A DNA stretch of 64,000 bases from Octopus bimaculoides (GCF_001194135.2 NC_068990.1:17434149-17498148), one strand, 5' to 3'; positions 38,986 to 52,209 are shown, numbered from the stretch's first letter. A program made the numbers and translations. The notes: a model not told the origin generated them from the letters alone.

Positions 38986-40857
38986 CTACCCAAACACATA
39001 AATATATACCCACACATGTACATATACCCATACATGAAATTAATATAAACAGCTAAGTGCAATGTGATACCATAAAGGAAAAATTCAATTGTCACTAAGT
39101 GTGACTGAGGGATTTTTGAGTCAGTCATGGGGTGGCTACCTCCCTCGTCGGCATGTGTGCATACATCTGCGCTCTTCCTACAGCATTAAGAGTATTTTAA
39201 CTCTTATTTCTAGCAATGTAAATGCTTCAGCACACTGATAAACCCATACATGTATATACACCTACACATGTACATACACCCACATATAGATATACACTTA
39301 CTCACACACAAATAAGCAGAACAAAATACAAAACAAGTCTGACCACCATTACCAAGAATTGCCAATGCTAGTAAAAATAATAATCTCAGAGATTTCAGGA
39401 TTTGGCGTTGCTACTGTTATTTCCTATCCCACTAGTAATTCTATATCCTCTCACAGACAAACAGAAGTGTTTATAAAAAAAAAAACTGAAAATGTTATTC
39501 TATCTTTAACAATCTTAGACCGACAACGCCGAAATGGAAGTTGCTAGACTATCTCTGTAGCCACTTCACCCTCAAACCTGATGTTATTATTGTTCAAAGC
39601 ACTTAACTACACCCAAATGATAGAACAAATTGTGGATAAGTAGGATTATGTGTGTGTATCATCATCATCATTATCATCATCATTAAACGTCTATTTTCCA
39701 TGCTGGCATGGGTTGGATAGTTTGACTGAGATTTGGAGGCACCAGGCTCCAATCTGATCTGGCAATATTTCTACAGCTGGATGCCCTTCCTAATGCCAAC
39801 CACTCCGAGAGTGTAGTGGATGCATATATAGTGGATGTAACAGGTCATGAGCACTGCTTCTCCAACTGACTAAACAAAGAAAAACTCACACACGCTCATA
39901 TGTATCACATGATCAACCAGACTATTGGATGTTGTTATACATCACTGGACACTATGCATTTTAGACCAAAGAATTACTCAATACTTTTTAGTAGGGGACA
40001 AATTTATAAACTTTTACAAGAAGAGGGAGATATAGACATACACACACACACACACACACACACGCATATATATCACCATCATCATCATCATTATTTAACG
40101 TCCACTTTCCATGCTGGTATGGGTTAGGTGGCTTGACTGGAACTGGTAAGCCAGAGAACTGCACCAAGTTCGGACAAACTATATATATATATATATATAT
40201 ATATAAAGTTACATATGTGTGTGTGTGTGTGCATGTGTGAGTATATATGTATGTATATGTGTATGTATGTATAAATAGATATATGCATATATAAAATTAT
40301 ATATAAGTAATAATTTATGAAGATTGACATAACTCTTAACGACAGTAAATAAGCAATAACCACACATCTTTTATTGCTTATATGTAATTAATAATGTGAA
40401 GAAGCAAGATGTGGTTTCCTCTCAACTTAGTAGTTGGAGCAATAAATAACAAACTGCTAACCCATGTACCATATTACACACCTCAGGGTTTTTTCCCACT
40501 AACATCTGGTGTATATTTCCACCTATCTTTTTTCATATTGCTGTTTTATAGTTTAATCATCTTAATAGTGGTTTTACTTGGTTCAGCTTTATTTATTTAT
40601 TTATTTTATCAGATAGACGAGAAGTAAGTGTTCAATGCAGGTGTATGGTAATTAGATGAGTTTGAAATATAAAACATATGCGATGCAGGGTGAATTCATG
40701 CATATAGTGAATGCATGAATATATAACTGGCACTCCGTCGGTTACAGTGATGAGCCTTCTAGTAGATCCAATCTATGGAACAGCCAGCTCGTAAAATTGA
40801 TGGACAAGTGGCTGAGCAGACTTACATATTCTTAATGCAGTTCTCAGGAATGATTCA

Positions 40858-41242
40858 TAGGCATAGGAGTGGCTGTGTGGTAAGTAGCTTGCTTACCAAC
40901 CACATGGTTCTGGGTTCAGTCCCACTGCGTGGCATCTTGCACAAGTGTCTTCTATTATAGCCTCGGGCTGACCAAAGCCTTGTGAGTGGATTTGGTAGAT
41001 GGAAACTGAAAGAAGCCCGTCGTATATATGTATATGTGTATGTGTGTGTGTGTTTGTGTGTCTGTGTTTGTCCCCCTAGCATTGCTTGACAACTGATGCT
41101 GGTGTGTTTATGGCAAAAGAAACCGATAGAATAAGTACTAGGCTTACAAAGAATAAGTCCCAGGGACGATTTGCTCGACTAAAGGCGGTGCTCCAGCATG
41201 GCTGCAGTCAAAAGACTGAAACAAGTAAAAGAGTAAAAGAGA
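40858..41242 (+). mobile_element. Full-length SINE family A: tRNA-like head, CORE-like domain, internal microsatellite, 3' domain
   Basis: gtggctgtgtggtaag (A box), gggttcagtccc (B box), ttgcacaagtgtcttctattatagcc, (TATG/TG)n, tail ending gactgaaacaagtaaaagagtaaaagag. Related full or partial copies at about 8-165, 7015-7160, 10880-11022, 13808-13950, 16625-16960, 21282-21447, 38205-38362, 41393-41545, 41810-42150, 46960-47090, 50540-50695, 52222-52375. Confidence 0.9.
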
Positions 41243-42314
41243 GCGTGACACAGAGTGTGACAAGGCTGGCCCTTTGAAATACAGGTACAACTCATTTTTG
41301 TCAGCTAAGTAGATTGGAGCAATAAAGTAATGTAACAAAATAGCACATCACATTTTCTCCAATACTCTAACACACACACACACACACACACACATGATGG
41401 GCTTCTTTCAGTTTCCATCTGCCAAGTCCACTCGTGCAGCATTGGTTGACCCAGGGCTATTTGCAGTAAACACTTTTTCAATGTACCACACAGTAGGACT
41501 GAACCTGAAACCTTATGATTGGGAAGCAAGCTATTTAACCATGCATCCATGCCTGTGTCTAAGCATCTTCATGAAAAATGAAGAACACAATGGCTGCTGT
41601 AATCTGAGATAATAAGATTCTAATAAGATGGTGCGGAGAGCAACATGGCAGGAATGCTTTTGATTGTGGTAATCTGTTTGACCAGTGCTGACCAAAGGCT
41701 AAACAATAACAACTTCAATGGCACCTCTATGTGCTTATATGAATAGCATGAAATAGCAATCAAATCACCATCAAATCACATTGTTGCCTTTTAAAAACAC
41801 TACTCTGTAATCTTTTATCTGTTTCACTTGTTTTGCTCATACTACTGTGGCCATTAAGTAACAGGGATGTAAACAAACCAACATCGTTATTCAATCAGTG
41901 GTGGGGGACAAACACAAACTCAGACACACATTCACATATATATGTATATATCTGAGTATGTGTGCATGCACACACACATATACATATATTAGCTTCCACA
42001 TAGCTTCCATCTACCAAATGAACTCACAGGGCATTGGTTGCCCCAGGGCTATAGTAAAAGATATTTGCCCAAAGTACCACATGGTGGGACTGAAGCTGAA
42101 ACCACATGGGTGCAAAGCAAGCTTCTCCACCACACTACCATGACTGTGCCTGTTAAAAAAAAAAGAACTGGATGGCTGCCGCCATTTGAATGACTTTGAT
42201 CCACGACCTGCTAGAACAAGGGGCTGACTCGGTGCTAAACAACATTATTTCTTGCAATGCTGCCATAGAAGCTTCAGTCAAAATTTACAGAGAATCACGG
42301 AAGAATAAACTTAC

Positions 42315-42499
42315 ATAGTATTTTGATGTTGACATGTTGGTATAGCATCTGCAAATCTTAGAGAGGTGCATGCTACTTCCTGCCTATGCGTACGTTTATC
42401 TTGCCTTCCTGCCATCATACAATAACAGACAGGTTTGGCCTCATCGTACACAATATCGTATAAAATGGTGTTGTTTATTTTAAAATGCTCCTCATCATA
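42315..42499 (-). CDS. Candidate exon: YDEEHFKINNTILYDIVYDEAKPVCYCMMAGRQDKRTHRQEVACTSLRFADAIPTCQHQNT
   Basis: Donor AT|gtaagt is perfect, acceptor caactag| is modest; 185 nt of unique sequence open in one frame, phase 0 to 2; phase-compatible with exon 49995. Confidence 0.6.
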
Positions 42500-43039
42500 C
42501 TAGTTGACACGTAACCTTTGATAGCAGGAAAAGCCCCTCCCACATCCCATAGCAGATTTTAATTTCATCATTTTTTTATATGAATATATCAACATATATT
42601 TTAATATCATTTACTGGAAGAGCAGACGAGGAAGTGTGTGTGTGGTAGCTCAACCTGCAAGAAACAGCAGCCAGATCTCGCTCAAATCCTATCTTATTAT
42701 CTTAACCCTTTAGCATTGAAATTGCTCTGTCAATTGTAATGCATATTCATTCCCATTATTTTGAATTAATCATGCATGATCTTGTAGCTGGACTATTCAG
42801 CAAACGCCTGATATCTTGGCTCCTTTCCGTACAATCTCATTGTGTCGAGATTTCAATGATATGATTCTTTATTATTAGAATGACATTATAGGTTAGATGT
42901 GAGAGGCCACCACCTCTAGCTGGTTTGATCATGAAACAGGTGAAGTATTTGGGTCTCACATGGCTGGTTTAAACGCTAAAGGGTAGTCCACTGCACGAAA
43001 AATTAAAAACATAAATAAATAAATTAAATAAAATACTTT

Positions 43040-43451
43040 TGACAACAGGTCGGCTGAATCAGGTTAATTACAGTGATCCCTAGTACTTAACTGGCACCCT
43101 ATTTCATCAGCCCTGAAAGGATGAAAAGTAAAGCTGACCTCAGCAGGATTTGAACTCAGTATGTAAAGAACCAGAAGAAATGCTGCTAATGACTCTACCA
43201 GCTCGCTGCCTTAATAACGATAATTATTTTTTTCTACTTTTGACACAAGGCCAGCAACTTTAAGGGGAGGGGTTGATCAAATATGTTGACCTCAGTGTAC
43301 AACTGGTACTCCTTTTATTGACCCTGAAAGCATGAAAGGCAAAGCTGACCTCGGAGGAATTTAAACTTGGAATTCAATGAGTTGGAGGAGATGTTGCTAA
43401 GCACTCTTTCCAACACTTTAACCATTCTGCCAGCTTGCTGCATCAATAATA

Positions 43452-43489
<38 letters not shown>

Positions 43490-43511
43490 TTATTCTTTTA
43501 TTTTATTTTTC

Positions 43512-43546
<35 letters not shown>

Positions 43547-43770
43547 TCTTTCTACTAAAGGCACAAGGTCTGAAATTTTGTAGGAGGGGACTAGTTGATC
43601 ACATTGACCCCAGTGTTTCACTGGTACTTAATTTATCGACCCTGAAAGAATGAAATGCAAAAATCGACTTCAGTGGAATTTGAACTCAGAACGTTAAGTC
43701 GGATAAAATGTTGCTAAGTATTTTGCCCAGTATGCTAATGATTCTGCCAGCTTGCCAAGTTCATAATAAT
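43040..43770 (-). repeat. Head-to-tail array of three family B SINEs with (AAT)n-rich spacers
   Basis: Copies at about 43040-43210, 43240-43440 and 43550-43755; similar arrays at 5320-6120 and 26340-26800. Confidence 0.8.
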
Positions 43771-44825
43771 AATAACAACAATAATATGGTGTGTTTCTAC
43801 ACAATTTCTGCCCAGCAAATTTCACTTACAACATATTGATCAGCCCAAAGCAATGAAGACATTTACTTCAAATACCATGTAGTAGGAATGAACCAAGAAC
43901 CATGTGGTTTTGAAACAAACTTCCTAACCATGTAGCAATAGAATAAGTTATTATTATTTTGCAGCAGAAGACACCCAGATAGGTGGGGGGACAGAAACTG
44001 TTGAGAATAGAGCTGTATTCCAAACAGAATTTAGTTCCATTCTTCTGAGTTCAAATTCCACTGAAGCTGACCTTTTGACCTGCCAGGTTATCAATAAAGT
44101 ACCAACGCTGCTTCTGGTTCTTCACATTTTGAATTCAAATTCTGCTGAGGTTGACTTTGCCTATAATCCTTTCGGGGTCAATGAAATAAGAACCTGCTGA
44201 GTACTGGGGTCAATGTAATTGAATTTCCCCTTCACTCAAAAACTTCAGGCCCTGGCCAAAATTTGAAATCATTAATATTATTTATTAAGAACATGACAGG
44301 CATTAGGGTATCAGAATAAATGCTTTGCAGTATTTCTTCTGACCCTTTATGTTCTGAGTTCAAATCCCACTGATGTCAACTTTTCCTTTCATCCCTTCAA
44401 GGATNNNNNNNNNNNNNNNNNNNNNNNNNNNNNNNNNNNNNNNNNNNNNNNNNNNNNNNNNNNNNNNNNNNNNNNNNNNNNNNNNNNNNNNNNNNNNNNN
44501 NNNNNNNNNNNNNNNNNNNNNNNNNNNNNNNNNNNNNNNNNNNNNNNNNNNNNNNNNNNNNNNNNNNNNNNNNNNNNNNNNNNNNNNNNNNNNNNNNNNN
44601 NNNNNNNNNNNNNNNNNNNNNNNNNNNNNNNNNNNNNNNNNNNNNNNNNNNNNNNNNNNNNNNNNNNNNNNNNNNNNNNNNNNNNNNNNNNNNNNNNNNN
44701 NNNNNNNNNNNNNNNNNNNNNNNNNNNNNNNNNNNNNNNNNNNNNNNNNNNNNNNNNNNNNNNNNNNNNNNNNNNNNNNNNNNNNNNNNNNNNNNNNNNN
44801 NNNNNNNNNNNNNNNNNNNNNNNNN

Positions 44826-45160
44826 TAACGTCCGCTTTCCATGCTAGCATGGGTTGGACGATTTGACTGAGGACTGGTGAAACCGGATGGCAACACCAGG
44901 CTCCAATCTAATTTGGCAGAGTTTCTACAGCTGGATGCCCTTCTTAACACCAACCACTCCGAGAGTGTAGTGGGTGCTTTTATGTGTCACCCGCACGAAG
45001 GCCAGTCAGGCAGTACTGGCAACGGCCACGCTCAAAATGGTGTCTTTTATGTGCCACCCGCACAAAAGCCAGTCCAGGGGCACTGGCAACGATCTCGCTC
45101 GAAAACCCTACGAAGGCCAGTCAGGCGGCACTGGCAATGGTCACGCTCAAAATGGTGCAT
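44826..45160 (-). mobile_element. RTE-LINE 3' end with internal tandem subrepeats
   Basis: Near-identical to 19410-19624; repeated ggccagtc...ggcactggcaac...cacgctcaaaatggtgtc units. Confidence 0.85.
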
Positions 45161-46086
45161 CTTTTCATTATTATTATAATATATTCATAATAATATATCA
45201 TATTACATTCAGAGTATAATATTTATTATAATGAATTTAATTAAATAACTTTGTTATTACTAACCCTTTGGCACTCAGATTATTCTGTTAAATGTAATGC
45301 TTATTTATTCACAATGTATTGAATTAATCTTGCATTATCTTGTAGCTTTGAGATTTCAATGATGTGATTGTTGACTTTTAGAATGACATTGTAGGGTAGG
45401 TGTGAAAGGCTGAATCTGGTCAGTTTAAACATAAAACAGGTAGAGTATTTTGACCAAATATGGTCGGTTTAAAAACAGAAAATTAATATCATAGAACCCG
45501 GGACTGTTGTGTAAAATGGTAAGAGAATGGAATTGATATTAAAGGTGTTCAGAAAGAATTTAATTAAGTAATTGAAATGATAATTATGAAGCCAATATCA
45601 CACTTATTAGTTCCTTTAAATTAGTAGAAGCGGGTGCTCAACCAAATAGTGTTTATTATAATAATCAGATTATAAAGTATTGTGTTTAACAGTCTCATAA
45701 TGTCAGGCTAATGTACCAAAAACTGTGTAGAAGATATAGGGGGCAGCAGAAAAACCTCCCATGATTTACACAGCCATCAGTCTGGCACTAATAAAGCTAA
45801 GCAGGTGGTAATAGTGTTTCCATGTAGCTAATGCATTATCGTTTTTTTTTTTTCCAGTTACTATCATGGCTTGAACTGGTACATATTGTGTGTTTTCTGT
45901 TGAAACATTTATCAAGAGTGGTGAATGGGGGAAGTTTTTATTGTCGCACCCCATACAACGCAATGTGCAAGCAATTTACTGAAATGTGACTGTCTGTAAA
46001 ACTAATCAGTAGAGAAGTAGGAAAAAGTCAGGCTACACTTATCTTTTAAAATATTGTAATTAGCTGATAAATGGAATAGTCTACAG

Positions 46087-46388
46087 CAGTGCTTCTCAAA
46101 TTATTTGATGTGGCGTACCGGCAGTTTTTTTTTCCAGTGTGCCAGGGACCGGTAATATTTCTTAGTAATGTTAACTTATACCGGAAACAATATATACAGT
46201 GAATATAATAAAAGTTGACAATTCTTTTTATCTTATGTTTATTTTGTAAACAAATAAATACAATATTACATAAGCATTTTATAAGCATTTTATAATGCTT
46301 CTTTCTTTTGTGGAAACTCACTGCATACCGGCAGCTGATGGCTTGTGGACCGGCACCAGTCTGTGAACCACCACTCTGAGTAGCACTG
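46087..46388. mobile_element. hAT-Charlie-like MITE
   Basis: TIRs cagtgcttctcaaa / ctctgagtagcactg; subterminal gtggaccggcaccag motif; left flank gtctacag resembles the Charlie target; right TSD degenerate. Confidence 0.7.
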
Positions 46389-46550
46389 AGTAGTACAGTC
46401 CATAGTCACAGGTTTGGAAAATGGAAATATGAAATTTATTGGTTCAGTCTGGATCATGGTATTATGGGAGAAAAAAAACTTTTCTGGGGTTTAAATCAAG
46501 CTCAAAAATAGAAGTTTGTTATCCTTATACTCACCCCCTCTATATGTATG

Positions 46551-46605
<55 letters not shown>

Positions 46606-46775
46606 TTGGCGTTAGGAAGGGCATCCAGCTGTAGAAACTCTGCCAAATTTAGATTGGAGCCTGGTGTTGCCATCCGGTTTCACCAGTCCTCAGTCAAATC
46701 GTCCAACCCATGCTAGCATGGAAAGCGGACGTTAAACGATGATGATGATGATGATGATGATATGTATGTATGTAT

Positions 46776-46813
<38 letters not shown>

Positions 46814-46922
46814 GTATATATATGTATATATATATATATACATGTATATATATATATACACATACATACATACATACCTACATACATACATACATGCATA
46901 CATACATACATACATACATACA

Positions 46923-46955
<33 letters not shown>

Positions 46956-47555
46956 GCATGGCATGAAGAAAAAGAACAGTTTAGAAATTTGCTTCCCAAC
47001 CACATGATTTCAAGTGCAGTCTCACTGCGTGGAACCCTGAGCAAGTGTTTTCTACTTGTCAAAGCCTTATGAGTAGATTTGGTAGATGGAGCCCTCAGCT
47101 GTATATTCTCCTACCATCATACACAACAGAGGCAAGCAGCTTGAATTTGCGGATTTTGTTTAATGACTAACATTCTTTAATGTTCGTTTTCCATGTTGGC
47201 ATGTGTTAGATAGTTTGACTGGAGCTGATACCAGGCTCCAATTATCTGTTTTTGCTTGGTTGCTACAGCTGGATGCCCTCCCTAACACCAACACTTTACA
47301 GAGTGTTATGGATGCCTTTTACATGTCACTGGCATGGGCTTCTTTTATGTGTCACCAACCTCACTCACAAATCAATTGTATGATTGACACTTCATCATCA
47401 GTTAAAAGCTATACTCAGAGCATGCTCATACTCAACATTGATCATGTCCCACTCAGCATTCGTATGACTTTGAATGCAAACTTAGGCAGCACCACGGTGA
47501 AGTTAATCCATATAGCTTCATTATCACTGATTCATTCATCATTGATCTGAGATGA

Positions 47556-48090
47556 TACAGTATGCTCAGATGTGAACCATGTTATACTTATCATGGATTA
47601 ATCAGTGATAACATGGATCAGCGATTACCCAAAGATTCTGCTTGTACCACAAAGAAATACCCCAGGGACCTCACCACAATGTTTAGCTGTCCAAAATACA
47701 CTGACTCTCACTTGTGTTTATATGACCATGCTGCAAGGCTGTGTATTTTACATAGAGATTAGCATAGTCCTATCCATTAACATGGGACCAGTGAACGGAA
47801 GAAAAAATATGAAGGCATCTGATCCTAGCAAATGATGCAGATGAGTGTATTCTGTACAAGAAAAGGTAGAAGTAATCAAGAAAATATGTGATAACGGAAG
47901 CTTTGCTGCTGTATGTCACAAGTTTGGTGCTAATGAATCTACCAATTACGAAGTGCAGGAAGGTGATTCATTTATCACTGTTGTTTTGGAACCAAACTCT
48001 CATGATAGATGTATACAGAACTACACTGAAGTTATTTCTTTAACAGTAGTTACTGTTTCAGTCAGACACACTCACCCCCACTGAATCCAA
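47556..48090 (+). mobile_element. Tigger/pogo-type element remnant, CENP-B-like N-terminal HTH only
   Basis: 47782-47960 reads MGPVNGRKNMKASDPSK*...YSVQEKVEVIKKICDNGSFAAVCHKFGANEST, like Tigger N-termini (EK--VI...YG-NEST). Boundaries uncertain. Confidence 0.55.
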
Positions 48091-49994
48091 GTGCAATGAC
48101 TGATTGAGATGTGAGCAGACATTCTTTTCTACTCTAGAAATTTTGGGGGAGGAGGCCAGTCGATTAGATCGACCCCAGTACACAACTGGTACTTAATTTA
48201 TTGACCCCAAAAAGATGAAAGGCAAAGTTGACCTCAGCGGAATTTGAACTCAGAACGTAAAGACAGATGAAATGCCACTAAGTATTTCGCCCAGTGTGCT
48301 AACATTTCTGCCAGCTCACTGCCTTTGTGAGCAAATGTGAGCAGACATTGCTCCAATCAGTCCACATCAACAATAAAGTGTTTCACAAGTAGTAAAAGAA
48401 CTGAAAGACTGCAATCAAATGTCTTTTGTTTGTAAAGATGCCATATTTAGAACTATATGAAGTCATTCAGTAGACTCTAACAATCTACAAATCACATCTT
48501 ATTTTATATATCTTTTATTACACCAAGCATAATCAGCAGTCACTTGCTCTGTTAAAAAATAGCAGCTAAATCACACCCTACCGTCTTAAATAATGAAGGA
48601 TATATTAGACATTGTTGTTCTTGACATAAAAAGAAAAAAGGATGGAACATCTTTGATTATAAATCTGTTGGATCAGGAATATTTTCTGTGAAGTGTGAGT
48701 GAGGATGTATGAGGAAGTGGGGGGCTATGTGTGTATCCGTGTGTATGTGTGTTTGTATGTATGTATGTGTGGATGTAGGTGTGCGTGCGTGTGTGTAAGT
48801 GTACATGTGTGTGTGTGGTGTGCACACCTGTACATATTTGCATGTGTATGTTTGCATTAGCATTGGGAAAACGAGAGATTTCATTTTAAATTCTCCCCCA
48901 CCACACACCACCACGACCAACAACAACAACCTCTCTCTTACTCGTTATCAGTTCTAGTTTCATACCTCCACACTGATTAGTTCTCATTAAGCTACCGTGT
49001 ACTACTGACATCTATAATTGATAACAGAATGGAACATATATCATCATCATCATCATAATCATCGTTTAACGTCTGCTTTCCATGCTAGCATGGGTTGGAC
49101 GATTTGACTGAGGACTGGTGAAACCGGATGGCAACACCAGGCTCCAATCTAAATTTGGCAGAGTTTCTACAGCTGGATGCCCTTCCTAACGCCAACCACT
49201 CAAATCAAAATATAAAATATGAAAATGTATTTTTTCCTCCTTTGTACTCAAACTTGTTGATTAAATTTTCAGTGAAAGTTAAATCATTTAATTTCGGTGA
49301 AAATAACCCCACCATTTCACAGTCGTACTTGTTTGACAAGTAACTTGATTTAAAATATGGTGAAATATTTCTAGAGTGGGAGAGCCAAAAGAATAATTGA
49401 AAAAAAACAAATATGCCATTGAATTTAGTATTTTTTTGTGACAACGATGGTATGTGGCCTAATGGTATGGGTATTCAGTCCACAATCATATAGACGTCAG
49501 TTCAATTCCTAGACCAGACGGTACACTATGTCCTTTACACATTGCTTTCATCTACTCAGCTGAAAATGAGTACTAGCTAAGTTCTTGTGCAGCTCTCTTT
49601 CTCTCTCCCTCCCTCTCTCTTCCTCTCACCCTCTTTCCATCCCTCTCTGACTGTCCATTCTACCTGTGTTGCTGGATATAAGAGCTAGAGAGTCAAGAGA
49701 GTATCTATATCTACCTGTAGCCACCACATAGGCACCTAAAATTATCATAAATGTGGTCCATGTTACCAAGCCTTACTTGTCCATGAATAATGGTCGGCTC
49801 CTTTTTTTTTTTTTTGCGACGGTATTTATCAACCAGGACACGTTGCAGTTGAGTTTTAAGACTCCAGAATAAGTCATTGAAAAGTGCCAAAAGAAGTAAT
49901 AAGAAGAAATCTGGATACCACAGAGAATATTACTAAAACTCAACATCCGCTTCAAATGATCAAGAGTACTTGACCCTTCCATTATGTGACTCAC

Positions 49995-50038
49995 CTTTCT
50001 AGTGACCATTATAAAAGCAGGTTTGAGATATGAACTCT
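49995..50038 (-). CDS. Candidate exon: SSYLKPAFIMVTRK
   Basis: Acceptor gttatctctgctag|, consensus donor AAG|gtgagt; 44 nt, single open frame, phase 1 to 0. Confidence 0.6.
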
Positions 50039-50718
50039 CTAGCAGAGATAACACACTAATGTCAATTCAGCCTAACAATGACCTCCTTTGCCACTGCAGT
50101 CAAGATAGCAACAGAGGACACCATCAGCTTCACCATCTCCACCTCAGTCTCATGAGGCTTCTTTCTGCATCTTACTAACAAAAACACACACACAAACATA
50201 TACAAAGCTATATATATATATATATATATATAATCACCAAAAGTGTTCTCACATAAACATACTTAATGTTACACCTAGCTTGCTTATAATGACCAGATAT
50301 AGTGTAAACTTTGGTTTGCTAAAACTTAGGCCTTTCATTTCCCTGAAGATCTCTTTGACTGTTGTGGCCCAGCTTACTCATTTTAATGTTTAATAAAAAC
50401 TGCATGTTTATATCTTAAGGAAAGATTTATCTATTATTCCATCTCAACAATATATCCATGCTTACAATCACACATACACTCTGTGTGTGTGTGGGGGGGG
50501 GGGGGGGGTGCATGTGCACGAGTGCATATATACATTACAGGCTTTTATATAGTTTTTGTCTACCAAATTCACTTGCAAGGCATTGGTTGGTTCAGTGCTG
50601 TACAAGAAGTCTCTAACCCAAGGTGCTCTGCAATGGAACTGAACCTGACTAAAAACTTGTGGTTACAAAGCAAACTTCTTAACCACACACCCATGCTTAT
50701 ATTTATATATATATATAC

Positions 50719-50925
50719 ATCGCCATGATAGATTGCTAGCCACTACACATTCTTCTTTTTCTCTCTGTGTTTTTCTCTTTGTTTCTTTCTGTGTTCCTTT
50801 CTGTGAAAGAGCATAGGCTCAAAACGTTAAAGACTTTTTCACTTCCTGACCATTATACTAATACATCTGTTTGTTTTCTACACCACCTGTCTTCGTCTTT
50901 TTGTTTTTTTTTGTGAATTCTCCCT
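50719..50925 (+). mobile_element. About 200-bp Penelope-like solo pseudo-LTR element with hammerhead-like motif (copy 2)
   Basis: Flanked by (TA)n on both sides; motif cttt-ctgtgaa-a-gagc-atag-gctc-aaaac-gtt-aaag at 50797-50832. Confidence 0.6.
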
Positions 50926-51487
50926 ATATATATATATATATATACATAAATATAGACACACACACAAACACTACTTTGAAAGACATTCTAGAAACTGAAA
51001 CTTCAAAGGAATTTACAAATAAATTATTATTTTATATATATATATATACACACAACATATATGTAACACACACACACACACATACACACAAACACATATA
51101 TACATACACTAAGTATTTTTATTTTTCTTCATTTATTCCTTCAAGCATACTGGGAAACAGTTCAACTCTTTTAAACTTCTACTAGACATCTGTTCCTAAT
51201 ATATCCACCACACACACACTCACACACACATACATGTATGTATGTATTTATGCATGTATAAGACCTCACAGAAACTACTCTAAAAGCTGGTCTTTGCTTT
51301 GTTGTTCCTCTCATGAAATGGTTAATTCTCATAAACGCCGCCTCATAAACTGATTCTGATTACAACTGTATAATTGAATCCATGTAGCAATAAATAAATA
51401 AATAAAAATAAATATATAAATATAAATCCAGAAAAAATTACACTCAATAACAGAAACACAATGTCTCTCTCAATGGCAACGTTCTTG

Positions 51488-51716
51488 TTTCTTTATTGCC
51501 CACAAGGGGCTAAACATAGAGGGGACAAACAAGAACAGACAAAGGGAGTAAGTCAATTACATTGACCCCAGTGTGTAACTGGTACTTAATTTATCGACCC
51601 CGAAAGGATGAAAAGCAAAGTCGACCTTGGTGGGATTTGAACTCAGAACGTAACGGCAGACGAAATACCGATAAGCATTTCGCCCGATGTGCTAACGTTT
51701 CTGCCAGCTCACCGCC
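51488..51716 (-). mobile_element. Young SINE family B
   Basis: Near reverse complement of 29986-30206. Older copies at about 9750-9965, 20570-20760, 35200-35330, 36505-36780, 44040-44404, 48140-48325, 54835-55250. Confidence 0.85.
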
Positions 51717-52077
51717 TTAATGACAATGTTCTTGTTTAGCTCCAACTGGTTTTTGATCCCAGAGATCTTTAATGAACTCAATCATTTGTTCACACACACA
51801 CACACACNNNNNNNNNNNNNNNNNNNNNNNNNNNNNNNNNNNNNNNNNNNNNNNNNNNNNNNNNNNNNNNNNNNNNNNNNNNNNNNNNNNNNNNNNNNNN
51901 NNNNNNNNNNNNNNNNNNNNNNNNNNNNNNNNNNNNNNNNNNNNNNNNNNNNACACACATATATATATATATATATATTTTCCAGAGGATGTAGCAACCG
52001 TTACCAATATAGCATAAGAACTTACCTTAGGGGATCATTAACTAGATTCCTTAAGGGTCGTTCTCACAGTTTATATT

Positions 52078-52209
52078 TATATTATAAGGTTTTTAACTTT
52101 TAAGTTTTCATATTCAAAAGAGACAGAGACTTCAAATTCGATATATCGAATTTGAAGTCTCTGTCTCTTTTGAATATGAAAATTTAAAAGTTAAAAACCT
52201 TATAATATA
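52078..52209. repeat. 132-bp near-perfect palindrome with no spacer
   Basis: 66-nt arms centred on cgata|tatcg (52143/52144) with a single mismatch. Confidence 0.95.

Noticed and set aside
43040-43770. Repeat-spacer-repeat appearance resembling a CRISPR array
   Set aside because: The units are SINE copies of 170-200 bp with microsatellite spacers in animal DNA; there are no cas genes.
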